Positions 48,480 to 57,629 of a stretch of 64,000 nucleotides of DNA are shown here, in pieces. Source of the stretch: Methanotrichaceae archaeon. Lineage in GTDB: Archaea > Halobacteriota > Methanosarcinia > Methanotrichales > Methanotrichaceae. The DNA is taken from positions 192,001 through 256,000 of the forward strand of contig CAWDLW010000008.1 in NCBI GenBank assembly GCA_963803145.1, read 5' to 3'. Within the stretch, counting starts at the first letter, position 1, and every line of letters begins with the position of its first letter. The position numbers were made by a program, and so were the translations under genes. Below the pieces are notes generated by a model. That model was given only the letters and a program-made list of their open reading frames with translations. It had not been told where the DNA came from and did no database searches.

Positions 48480-50137
48480 TCTTCGAGAATTCCCGCAGGA
48501 ATCTCCATTCTAACATCCAGAAGCCTGCCGACTGTAGACCATCCCCGGACCATATTGAATATCTCGCTATAGGTCACTTCAGCTTCTTTTGCATATTCGC
48601 TTATTCCGAGCCTCTCAGTTCGCTCAGTAAGCAACTTTCTGGCCATCTCTTCGGCTTGATCGATATTCATGTTTCTTCCGGCTACTTTTCCAATAAGCCC
48701 TTCCTCTGAAACTGTGTATTCTTCTCGCTCTGTATCTATTCTCAAGTTCAAGGTCATAGTGGGGCGGGCAACTGCTGCACCGATTGCATTTGCTACGGGC
48801 GCGTATTCTGGAACTATTGCCTTTGCCCCAAGACGTTTGGCTACGAGTGGAACCAGCGGCGGCGCGCCACCGCCAACGCCGACAACGTTCTGCGCCTGCA
48901 GCTTCTCCTTCTTCACTATCTCCCAAACCCTGTATGCAGGTTCCTGTTCCCATTCCCAAAACATTGCATTCACTTCGGAGACTATCTTCTCAACGACAGC
49001 ATCCACGACCTTCTGTGCAGCCTCCTTAGGACTGACTCTGAGCTTGAGTGCAATATTCTCCATCGCCTTTTGTGCTAAGTCTTCATCTCCGATGGATGAC
49101 ATACCAAGAACTCTCATGGCATCGGTCGGCGTGGGTCCTGGGCCACCCAAGCATAGGGCAGGCCCATCTCTATGTGGTCCGACTGCGATGCAGTCGTTTG
49201 CAATATTAACAATGCTGTCTCCTCCAATGGCAACAGATTTCACGGCAAATGCACGGATATGGGTCAGAAGACTTTCGACCTTTGCACCTTTGGATGAGAG
49301 CAATGGTTTGCCTGAAAGGATCAGGGCTAGATCTGTAGTCGTTCCGCCAATATCAACGACTACTGAGGTCTGGCCAGGCGGTGTTAGGGCCATTACACCC
49401 ATAATGCTGGCAGCCGGCCCTGAGAAAATAGTTTCTACAGGCATTTCGATCGATTTATCCAACGGAAGAGTTCCGCCATCTGCCTTCAGGATATAGACAG
49501 GAGCATAGATCTTGCGCTGCTTTAGGGCTTTATCAATCTGGCTTGTAAACTCCTTGTACTTGTCCTTGGTAGCCACTGTGAGCATAGTAGTAGCTGCACG
49601 TCTTGGGAAGTTCAGCTGGCCGGAAACCTTATGGCCCATCTCTAACTGTGCACCTGGAACTGTGTTTGCTATAATTTCTCGGGCCTTCAGCTCGTGGGCA
49701 TGGTTCCGCTGTCCGAACTTCCCAACGATAGCTATTCTTCTGAAGCCCTTTACAGCTACATCCGAGGCAACATCCTTGATTTGGGATGGGTTCAGTTTAG
49801 CGATCTCTCTTCCTCTATAATCGATGGCTCCATCCAATATCCAAGTGTTCTGGCCGAGGTTGTAATCCTTCGGATTTGCGCCCGGACCCGGGATGAGCAG
49901 GAGTGCAACAGGATCTGTCTTGCCCTCTGCTATCATATTAGTGATAAGTGTGGTGCTCAAAACAACGCGCTCGATTCTGCCGGTATCGATGCCCTTGGTC
50001 AGCTCATCCAGGGCATTAAGTAGGCAGCTCAAAAGATCATTATGATTTGTAGGCACATAAGCCGTTTTGACAACCTTGCCGCCTTCCACTATAGCTGCAT
50101 CGGTTGTTGTTCCACCAACATCAATTCCAACAAGCAT
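48467..50137 (-). CDS. Hydantoinase/oxoprolinase subunit A family protein
   Basis: GIDVGGTTTD, SGPAAS, DIGGTTTD, GGDS, PTPTDA, ANAIGAA. Confidence 0.92.
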   Translation of the reverse strand: MLVGIDVGGTTTDAAIVEGGKVVKTAYVPTNHNDLLSCLLNALDELTKGIDTGRIERVVLSTTLITNMIAEGKTDPVALLLIPGPGANPKDYNLGQNTWILDGAIDYRGREIAKLNPSQIKDVASDVAVKGFRRIAIVGKFGQRNHAHELKAREIIANTVPGAQLEMGHKVSGQLNFPRRAATTMLTVATKDKYKEFTSQIDKALKQRKIYAPVYILKADGGTLPLDKSIEMPVETIFSGPAASIMGVMALTPPGQTSVVVDIGGTTTDLALILSGKPLLSSKGAKVESLLTHIRAFAVKSVAIGGDSIVNIANDCIAVGPHRDGPALCLGGPGPTPTDAMRVLGMSSIGDEDLAQKAMENIALKLRVSPKEAAQKVVDAVVEKIVSEVNAMFWEWEQEPAYRVWEIVKKEKLQAQNVVGVGGGAPPLVPLVAKRLGAKAIVPEYAPVANAIGAAVARPTMTLNLRIDTEREEYTVSEEGLIGKVAGRNMNIDQAEEMARKLLTERTERLGISEYAKEAEVTYSEIFNMVRGWSTVGRLLDVRMEIPAGILEEWRR

Positions 50138-50401
50138 GTATTAATCGCCTTACAGCTCCCGCAATTGGAGTGGATGTATATCGGTCTTTTGGTCTTTAGA
50201 CTAAAAGCTGTTTTTAGAGTTCAAGGGGACACTGCAGATAAGGCGCTAGATGGTTTAGTTAACTTTTTCTTCTGACTAGCCTGGTGTAACTCTACTATCC
50301 TTACTATCTTTACTATCCATCTCAACGCCATGCTTATCAAGATCTCAATCTATTAAAGAAAATTATACAGAAGACTCTTCCTTTTAGGGAAAAGGAGGAA
50401 A

Positions 50402-50953
50402 TCACCTTTTTGCCAACTGCCTGATCTTATCCCACCCGGATCCTCCTGTTCTCAGAGGATAATCCAAAATCACATCTATGAAGCCGAAGATGACTGGAGC
50501 GTATACAGCATAAAATTCACGGGCAAACCGTATGGCCTCTTCAACATCGTGGAAATGTCTTATTTCTATCTCTTCTCCAGATGTGCCTTTCACAGAGCTG
50601 ATGCTGCTATCGGCAACGAAGCTTGAAAAACCGCATGATGCCTTTGCAGGCTGGACTGCGTCGATGTTGACAGGAACGCCTCCATAGCAGTCGTATACAT
50701 ATCGAATTAGTTCCTCTTTGCTATGGGCTCCCTCTTCTCTGGCCACCTCTGCGATCTTCTCATCGATATATTCGGGTTGTGGAATAAGATAAGCATCGAT
50801 CACAAAGGAGAACTCATCGCCCTTAGCTTCGCCGAGATCAATGGCCTCAAGGACAAGCCCAAGCTTTACTGGCGAACCGTATCCGAATTCGCATATCCAC
50901 CGATCACTCTCCACGTAAATGATGTTTTCATCAAGCTCCAGGATGTTCAGCAT
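50402..50953 (-). CDS. Hypothetical protein
   Basis: 183-aa acidic ORF with genome-typical codon usage. Confidence 0.7.
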   Translation of the reverse strand: MLNILELDENIIYVESDRWICEFGYGSPVKLGLVLEAIDLGEAKGDEFSFVIDAYLIPQPEYIDEKIAEVAREEGAHSKEELIRYVYDCYGGVPVNIDAVQPAKASCGFSSFVADSSISSVKGTSGEEIEIRHFHDVEEAIRFAREFYAVYAPVIFGFIDVILDYPLRTGGSGWDKIRQLAKR

Positions 50954-51164
50954 CGATGAATGTTAGTAATGTTATATGTCATAAACTCTTTTATTCTACA
51001 ATACTCTTGATGCCTTGTATTATATTTATATAATAATTTTTAATTTTATTGAAGCTCTAAACTGAATCTTTCAATAACCGTAAACGCTCTATACCGCAAA
51101 TTCAATTAAAAACTAGCAAGTTATTTAAACTTATAGAATAAGTTGGCAGAAAGGAGATTCTAAA

Positions 51165-51587
51165 ATGGATTTTAAAGATTACATCAATTTTGCAAATGAA
51201 AATCCTATCTGCTATATTGCTACAGATGACGGCAGCCAACCGAGAGTCAGAGCATTTCGAATGTGGTATGCTGATGAGAGCGGCTTCTACTTTCATACAG
51301 GCTCTACAAAAAACATCTACAGGCAGTTGCAGAGCAATCACAGGGTCGAGGTCTGCTTCTGCACGCCCAGGTTCGATAAAATGATGCGGGTAACCGGCGA
51401 AGTCGAGTTCATTGATAATCCTTCTCTTAAGAAGCGACTCGTTGAGGAGAGACCTTTCCTTAAAGCTATTATCAAGGGATTGGATGATCCATTGCTTACG
51501 ATCTTTCGCATAGCCAAGGGCGAGACGCATTTTTGGACCATGGCCGATAATCTAAAGGAATCCGAGATTCCTCGGGTACAATTTTAA
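51165..51587 (+). CDS. Pyridoxamine 5'-phosphate oxidase-like (FMN split-barrel) protein
   Basis: IATDDGSQPRVR, FYFHT..K..YRQL..N..VEVCF; AAGGAG RBS. Confidence 0.88.
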   Translation: MDFKDYINFANENPICYIATDDGSQPRVRAFRMWYADESGFYFHTGSTKNIYRQLQSNHRVEVCFCTPRFDKMMRVTGEVEFIDNPSLKKRLVEERPFLKAIIKGLDDPLLTIFRIAKGETHFWTMADNLKESEIPRVQF

Positions 51588-51747
51588 GACTACTGGTGAT
51601 TGGCCATCGCTATACATCCTAAACTCTGGGGTTATTATAACCAGGGTTCCAACGATAACGAAAAATTCTCTTGCTAGTTATTAAAGAGCCCGGAGTTTAG
51701 GATACATCATCACGGTCCTCCAGAGCACTTCGAACATATGGGCGGGT

Positions 51748-53064
51748 TTATGCCTCCTGTGCCACCAGGACCTCCTGCGATGCTAGACTTTCACTGAATG
51801 TCTTTAGGGCAGGCTGGAAAGTCGTCCATAACGTTAACAGCAGAACTAGCGCTCCTGCTGAGACGAACAGAACATTAAGGTTCCATTTGATGACTGCACC
51901 TGAGATCGCCTGAGAAACGGGCATCAACCCATAACTGGAGAAAGCCAAAATGCTCATCATCCGCCCAATCATCTCTTTGGGGGCGCGCGATTGTACCCAT
52001 GAGAAAAGGATGATATAAATATAACCACTTCCGAGCCCAAGCGGGAGCATTAAGATGAAGTCCAGCCAGGTTGACTGAACAAAAGCAAGCGCCGCGAAGA
52101 CCACTCCAAAGGCGACCATTAGGGAGATTAAAATCACTCTCATGGCCTTTCCGCCTGGACGAGGCAGGAAACCGGCCATCAGGAAGCCGACCAGATTTCC
52201 CCCTGCATAAGCGGACATGAGAAGGCCGAAGGCCGTTGCACCCTCTGGAAGACGTTGATTTGCGAGAACTGGGATGCCGACCATGATTGGGCCAATGAGC
52301 GAGAAGTTTAATCCCGCTATGACCAGGATTATTAGCAGCAGGGCTTTGTCAGTCTTTATGTATTTCAACCCGGCCAAAACGGAGGTCCAGATGCTCTCAT
52401 TCTTTGGAGACTCATCGGAAAGCCGGCGCTTATTGCCAATGTGCATCAGCCACAGGCAAGCCGCTGAGGTTGCGAAGCCCACTGCGTCGATGGCATAGGC
52501 AAGAGATATGCCGAAGAGGGAATGTGAATATTGCCCTATCAGAATGCCGGCGACTGTTGGGCCCACGAACTGGGCCACCTGGGCGGTGCTCAGCATGACG
52601 GAGTTGCCTGCTTGCAAGTCATGCTTATTTACCAGCGTCGGCACAATGCTGCTTTCCGCAGGGATTTCGAACCCGGACATCAAGCCGAATCCCAGGCTGA
52701 ATGCAAAGAGCATCCAGATCTGGATAGTGCCTGTGAATACAGCAAATGCCATTAAGCACGTCAAAACAAAGCGGGTGACATCTGCGATGATCATCATGAT
52801 GCGCGGCGAGAAACGGTCTGTGATAGCACCGCCAAAGAGCATAATCATTGCGCGCGGAATGCCCTCCAGCGCCAGGACAAAACCCAACGCCAGTGGATCG
52901 CCGGTCAGTTGCAGTGTCAGCCAGGGGGTGGCGATGAGAGTGAATTGGTCTCCTAAGAGTGACATCGCAGTACCAATGAATAGAAGACGGAAGTCACGGA
53001 GCGACATCATTCGCAGCATCGGGTTTTTGGAAGCTGTTTGTACCACCGGGTTTTCGGGATCCAT
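51748..53064 (-). CDS. MFS transporter (H+ antiporter / macrolide efflux-like)
   Basis: About 12 TM; GGAITDRFSPR motif A; GPTVAG. Confidence 0.92.
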   Translation of the reverse strand: MDPENPVVQTASKNPMLRMMSLRDFRLLFIGTAMSLLGDQFTLIATPWLTLQLTGDPLALGFVLALEGIPRAMIMLFGGAITDRFSPRIMMIIADVTRFVLTCLMAFAVFTGTIQIWMLFAFSLGFGLMSGFEIPAESSIVPTLVNKHDLQAGNSVMLSTAQVAQFVGPTVAGILIGQYSHSLFGISLAYAIDAVGFATSAACLWLMHIGNKRRLSDESPKNESIWTSVLAGLKYIKTDKALLLIILVIAGLNFSLIGPIMVGIPVLANQRLPEGATAFGLLMSAYAGGNLVGFLMAGFLPRPGGKAMRVILISLMVAFGVVFAALAFVQSTWLDFILMLPLGLGSGYIYIILFSWVQSRAPKEMIGRMMSILAFSSYGLMPVSQAISGAVIKWNLNVLFVSAGALVLLLTLWTTFQPALKTFSESLASQEVLVAQEA

Positions 53065-53110
53065 TTACACCACCGAGTTTTTGGGAGGCAATGCGTCCAC
53101 CATTTAGCGA

Positions 53111-53968
53111 TCATTCTGGGTAAAGAGGTTGAGTGGTATTATCCTTATCCTGGACCTTCATGGTCTTCGCTCCCCATATCATAGTAATGGCTATCGCTGC
53201 CACAAACGTCAACACCACAAAATAGGTATACGCCCGCTCTGTTATGGAGAACACTTCAGCTGTGACATCGATCATGATATGGAACAATATCGCCGATAAT
53301 GTGCTGCGGCCATTGTTGTTGAAGATCCATGTGAATAGAAATGTTAGGGGAACGACACTAATCATGTACGTCCAGAACGCCAGAGATCCGACCCCCAGAC
53401 TGTACTGGTATGTACCTTTGATAAAGAAGATCGGCAGGTGCCAAAGTGCCCAAAAAAAGCCCAAAATCAGGCTAGAGACCAATGCGCTCCATCTCAATTG
53501 CAGTCGATCCAGAGCGTAGCCACGCCATCCAAACTCTTCGAAGGTAGGTGCGAAGACTGCGATTACAATCAGATAAACTGGATTAGCGGAAAACTGCATT
53601 ATTTGCTTTCCCCACTGCGCCCCGCTTCCGCCCATTAGGAAGTCCAGCAGTGCTCCGAGGCCAAAGAGAACGGCAGGAAGGAGCAAGATGACCAGGTACC
53701 ATCTGAGGCTGATTCTTCTTATGTCAATAATGCGCAGCCAGTAATCGCGTATGCTCTTTCTATCATGCGTAAGATAGGTAAGACTAATAGCTGCTGTCGC
53801 GGGGCCAAGTACGGCAAGAGATAGCAGTACTGATCCGGAAGCGGTCTGCATATTAACCCCCGATAATGCCAATGCTATCTCTATGAGCCAGGTTATGCCA
53901 AAGGCCACTGCAAAATAAATCCATACGCTTGACCATTTTGATCTGGATGATTCTGAATTGGTGTTCAT
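53111..53968 (-). CDS. CPBP (CAAX/Abi) intramembrane glutamic endopeptidase
   Basis: EEFGWRG, WALWH, AILFH. Confidence 0.93.
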   Translation of the reverse strand: MNTNSESSRSKWSSVWIYFAVAFGITWLIEIALALSGVNMQTASGSVLLSLAVLGPATAAISLTYLTHDRKSIRDYWLRIIDIRRISLRWYLVILLLPAVLFGLGALLDFLMGGSGAQWGKQIMQFSANPVYLIVIAVFAPTFEEFGWRGYALDRLQLRWSALVSSLILGFFWALWHLPIFFIKGTYQYSLGVGSLAFWTYMISVVPLTFLFTWIFNNNGRSTLSAILFHIMIDVTAEVFSITERAYTYFVVLTFVAAIAITMIWGAKTMKVQDKDNTTQPLYPE

Positions 53969-54723
53969 GTTAGAATCTCCCTCTTGTTTGTTTCAGTGGG
54001 GCCTGAGTTATGGTTACAGATTTTTTGTAGTAAGGGCGCTTCTTGGGCAATGGTGCTTGTGAATATCATTTGAAAAGAAAGGCTAGTAGAGGATGTAACC
54101 AGGGTTACCGCCTCTTTGAAGAATTTGCCGAAGCTATGTTCTGCTCCAGGGTTGCCTGGAATTTATTATCCCCCCCTTACTGACAGAATAAGTACCTCTT
54201 ATAAGCTTTAGGGCTCCTATCTCTCACTATCCAAAGCAAATAGATGTTTTTGTATTAAAAATTGATCCTAGATGACTAATAATACTCTAAATTTTTTAAA
54301 TCGTGTTTGATGATTGTGTTAGTTAAGCACTGGATAGAATCAGCAGTTTTGCGAAGCCAGGACTAGGCTCTTGCAATGTTTTCTCCAACATAGTAAGAAG
54401 TCGACTTGCGAATTCTCAGGAAGACTGGGTACTAGACTAATGCATTTACAAGTCGATTTGAACTATAGTGCTGGCATTAGAACGCCAGCTTCATCATGTA
54501 TTATCATGGCATTCTGATGTCAGAGATAGATGGTCTAAAATTGACCAAAAATCTAATTGATAAGTTCGGGCTAAGCCCATCCGATAAGAGATTGATAGAG
54601 GATTGAGTGCTTACTCATAAGTCGTTATAGAAATCTCGTACCCCACACCATTATACTGACCTGAATAGTGAAATACCTGACTTGAGAATGTGATATTTGA
54701 GATCAAAAAAGCTTTAGGGAGCG

Positions 54724-55260
54724 ATGATGAAGATTCTAGCATTGATCGGCAGCCCGAGGATTGGGGGCAATACTGATGTTCTTATAGGTCAGATCCTCAA
54801 AGGCTCTGAGGATAATGGCCACTTAACCGAGAAGCTCTATCTTTACGATTACGAGATTATGCCCTGCATAGATTGCCGAAGATGTAAGAAAGAAAATGGC
54901 ACATGTGCTCTGAAGGATGATATGCCGAAAATCTATAGAAAGCTTCAGGAGGCAGACATCATAATCTTCGGAACTCCTGTTTACTGGTATGGGCCTTCGG
55001 CTAAAATGAAGCTTTTAATCGATAGGCTGCGGCCTTTTATTGACAGCAAAGGACTGAAAGGCAAAAGGGGAATCGTTGTTGCGCCCTCGGAGGAAGGAAA
55101 AGATTGCTGCGGACCGCTGATGGAGATGTTCCGCATGTCTTTTAGCTATTTGGGCATGGAGCTTTCTGGATGCATACTTGCCAAAGCCTATGAACGCGGA
55201 GAAGTAAAAGGAAATCTCGATGAAGTGACAAGGGCATACGAGACGGGATTATCCTTTTAA
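54724..55260 (+). CDS. Iron-sulfur flavoprotein / flavodoxin-family protein
   Basis: GSPRIGGNT, CIDCRRC..C..KDDM, GTPVYW, K..IDR. Confidence 0.92.
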   Translation: MMKILALIGSPRIGGNTDVLIGQILKGSEDNGHLTEKLYLYDYEIMPCIDCRRCKKENGTCALKDDMPKIYRKLQEADIIIFGTPVYWYGPSAKMKLLIDRLRPFIDSKGLKGKRGIVVAPSEEGKDCCGPLMEMFRMSFSYLGMELSGCILAKAYERGEVKGNLDEVTRAYETGLSF

Positions 55261-55370
55261 TAGCTCCGTCTAAGCGGTCTCATTTTTGTTCGCCATTAAA
55301 GTGATTTTGTCTAATAGGTAGCTAGTGTGGATTGATACTGCATCCATAAGGAATAATTATAGTTAATCTC

Positions 55371-55804
55371 CTAGCTTTTTGCACTAAGAAATCGCTCCAC
55401 CCAGGACTTTGAATATCCATCCTTTTTGGAATAAAATATTTCTAAAGCGCAATCTTGGCTAGCTATAATAGCTTCATCGAAATCAGTGTATTTGGCGATC
55501 TCTCTTTTGAAATCCTTCCAACCGAATTCTATAGGATTCAAATCTGGTGAATAGGGGATATTATAAATTAAGTGAATATCGATTTCCTCAGCTAGTTTTC
55601 TAAATTTCTTGGCCAAATGAATTCTAGCATTATCTAAAAGTATACAAATTGGCCTCATAATATTATTATTTCTTATATTTTGAGCAAATGCCATCAACGC
55701 TTCCTTCTTAGAGGAGTTGGAAACCATAACCTCATCATTGCCATTTAATGCTATAAATCCAAAAATAGTTCTTGATCTAACCTTTCCAGGTTTATAATTT
55801 ATTA
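55371..55804 (-). pseudogene. Outer IS630 transposase, C-terminal DDE fragment
   Basis: LDNARIH, YSPDLNPIE; in frame with 56890-56994 once the inner IS is removed. Confidence 0.88.
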
Positions 55805-56887
55805 TAGTTAATCCACGTAATTTTTACCTCATAGATACCCTTAAATAATTAATATACGATATAGCCGTTCATGGGCAGGAAACCTGTAATTGTAAGACAT
55901 ATCTCGAAGGTAGAATTAGATCAATTGTATAAAGATGAGAGAAACATAAGAATTAAAGAACGGCTACTAGCGATAATACATTTATACGAAGGAAAGAATG
56001 TATATATAGTAGCTGATATTCTTAAACGAAGTGAAAAGACAATAAAGAATTGGCTAAGCGATTGGAACAAACAAGGATATGATGGATTGATACCACAGAA
56101 TAGAAACGGCAAAGAACCAATGATATCTTTTGATGAATGGGATAAAATTATCGAAGAGATTGAGGACAAAGGAATGACTATAAAAGAGGTAATAAAATAT
56201 GCAAAAGACACAAGAGGCGTAGAATATTCGTATAAAGGTGGTTGGAAGATTTTAAGATCAATAAAGAAAGTCAAATATGGTAAACCATATATTAGAAATA
56301 ATAAGAGGCCTGTTAATGCAGAAAGTTTTCTAAAAAAAGGATAGATTCAGTAATAACAACAGTCAAAGAACCTATTATTGGATTCCTTGATGAAAGCTCT
56401 TTGCAACAGCGACCTAATACACGCAGGGTTTTAAACACCCATATGCTAAATTATCAACCTGGAAAAGTTAGGTCTAGAACTGTTTTTGGGTTCATTGCAT
56501 TGAATGGAAATGATGAAGTTATGGTCTCTCACTCATCCAAGAAAGAAGATTTAATGATCTTCGCCCAAAAATTGAGAAGTAACAATATTATGAGACCAAT
56601 ATGTATTGTCCTAGATAATGCTAGAATACATCTAGCTAAGAAGTTTAGGGCATTAGCCCACGAACTTGATATCCATTTAATATATAACGTGCCATATTCC
56701 CCTGATTTAAATCCTATAGAGTTCGGTTGGAAGGATTTTAAAAGAGAGATATCAAAATATACTGATTTTGATGAAGCTATTGAGGATGCCCAAGATTGCG
56801 CTTTACAAATATTTTATTCCAATAAAGATGGATACTCTAAGTCTTGGATAAAGCAGTTTATAAGGTAAAAAGTTGGGAGAATGACTA
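55805..56887 (+). mobile_element. IS630-family element (inner), apparently intact
   Basis: TA-TAGTTAATC left end, GAATGACTA-TA right end, TA duplication at 55803-55804 and 56888-56889. Confidence 0.9.
55871..56868 (+). CDS. IS630 transposase, orfA/orfB joined by probable -1 frameshift at A7G (56332-56339)
   Basis: orfA HTH (55871-56344); the -1 frame continues RIDSVITTVKEPIIGFLDES...LDNARIH...PDLNPIE (D-D-E). Confidence 0.9.
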
Positions 56888-56889
56888 TA

Positions 56890-57461
56890 AATGAGTGTTT
56901 AAGACTCTACGTGTATTAGGGCGCTGTTGTAAAGAGCTTTCATCAAGAAATCCTATAACAGGATCAGTAACAGTGGTCAGCACTGATTTTATCCTTTTTT
57001 AAAAAACTTTCTGCATCTGCAGGCCTCTTTTCATTTCTGATGTATGGTTTCCCATACTTAACTTTTTTCACTACTCTTAAAATTCGCCAGCCATATTTAT
57101 ATGAAAAATCTATACCTCTTGTATCCCTTACATATTTTAATACGTCTTTTATCGTCATTCCTTTGTCTTCAATTTCTTTAATAACTCTATCCCATTCATC
57201 AAGAGACATCTTTGGCTTTTTGCCATTTCTATTCTTTGGTGTCAATCCATTATAGCCTTGATTATTCCATCTGCTTAACCAATATTTTATTGTCCTCTCG
57301 CCCCTTTTTAAAATATCAGCTACCTCATATACGTTTTTCCCTTCATATAAATGTATTATTGCCAATAACCGTTCCTTAATCCTTAGATCAGTCTCTTTTT
57401 TATATAATTTATCAAGGTCTATCTTTGATATATGCCTAATTATTATAGGTTTTCTACCCAT
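56890..57461 (-). pseudogene. Outer IS630 transposase, orfA plus start of orfB
   Basis: MGRKPIIIRHISK... paralog of inner orfA; alternative frame gives TDPVIGFLDESSLQQRPNTRRVLNTH up to the insertion point. Confidence 0.88.
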
Positions 57462-57629
57462 GCCTATGTATTTTCACGCATTAATTATTAAATGTATCTA
57501 TAGGGCAATAAGCTCAATGATTAACTATAATTTCAATCATTCGTCCATAAAGCAGAACCCAATAAAGTTCTCCTATGAAAAACTCATAGATCATAAAGAA
57601 TTAAGAAAAAGAATGAGAAATTAGAGATC

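Larger units (their letters stand above)
55360..57527 (-). mobile_element. IS630-family element (outer), interrupted by a second IS630
   Basis: TATAGTTAATC (55358-55368) and GATTAACTATA (57519-57529) inverted ends including the TA duplication; AT-rich; transposase in pieces. Confidence 0.9.
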
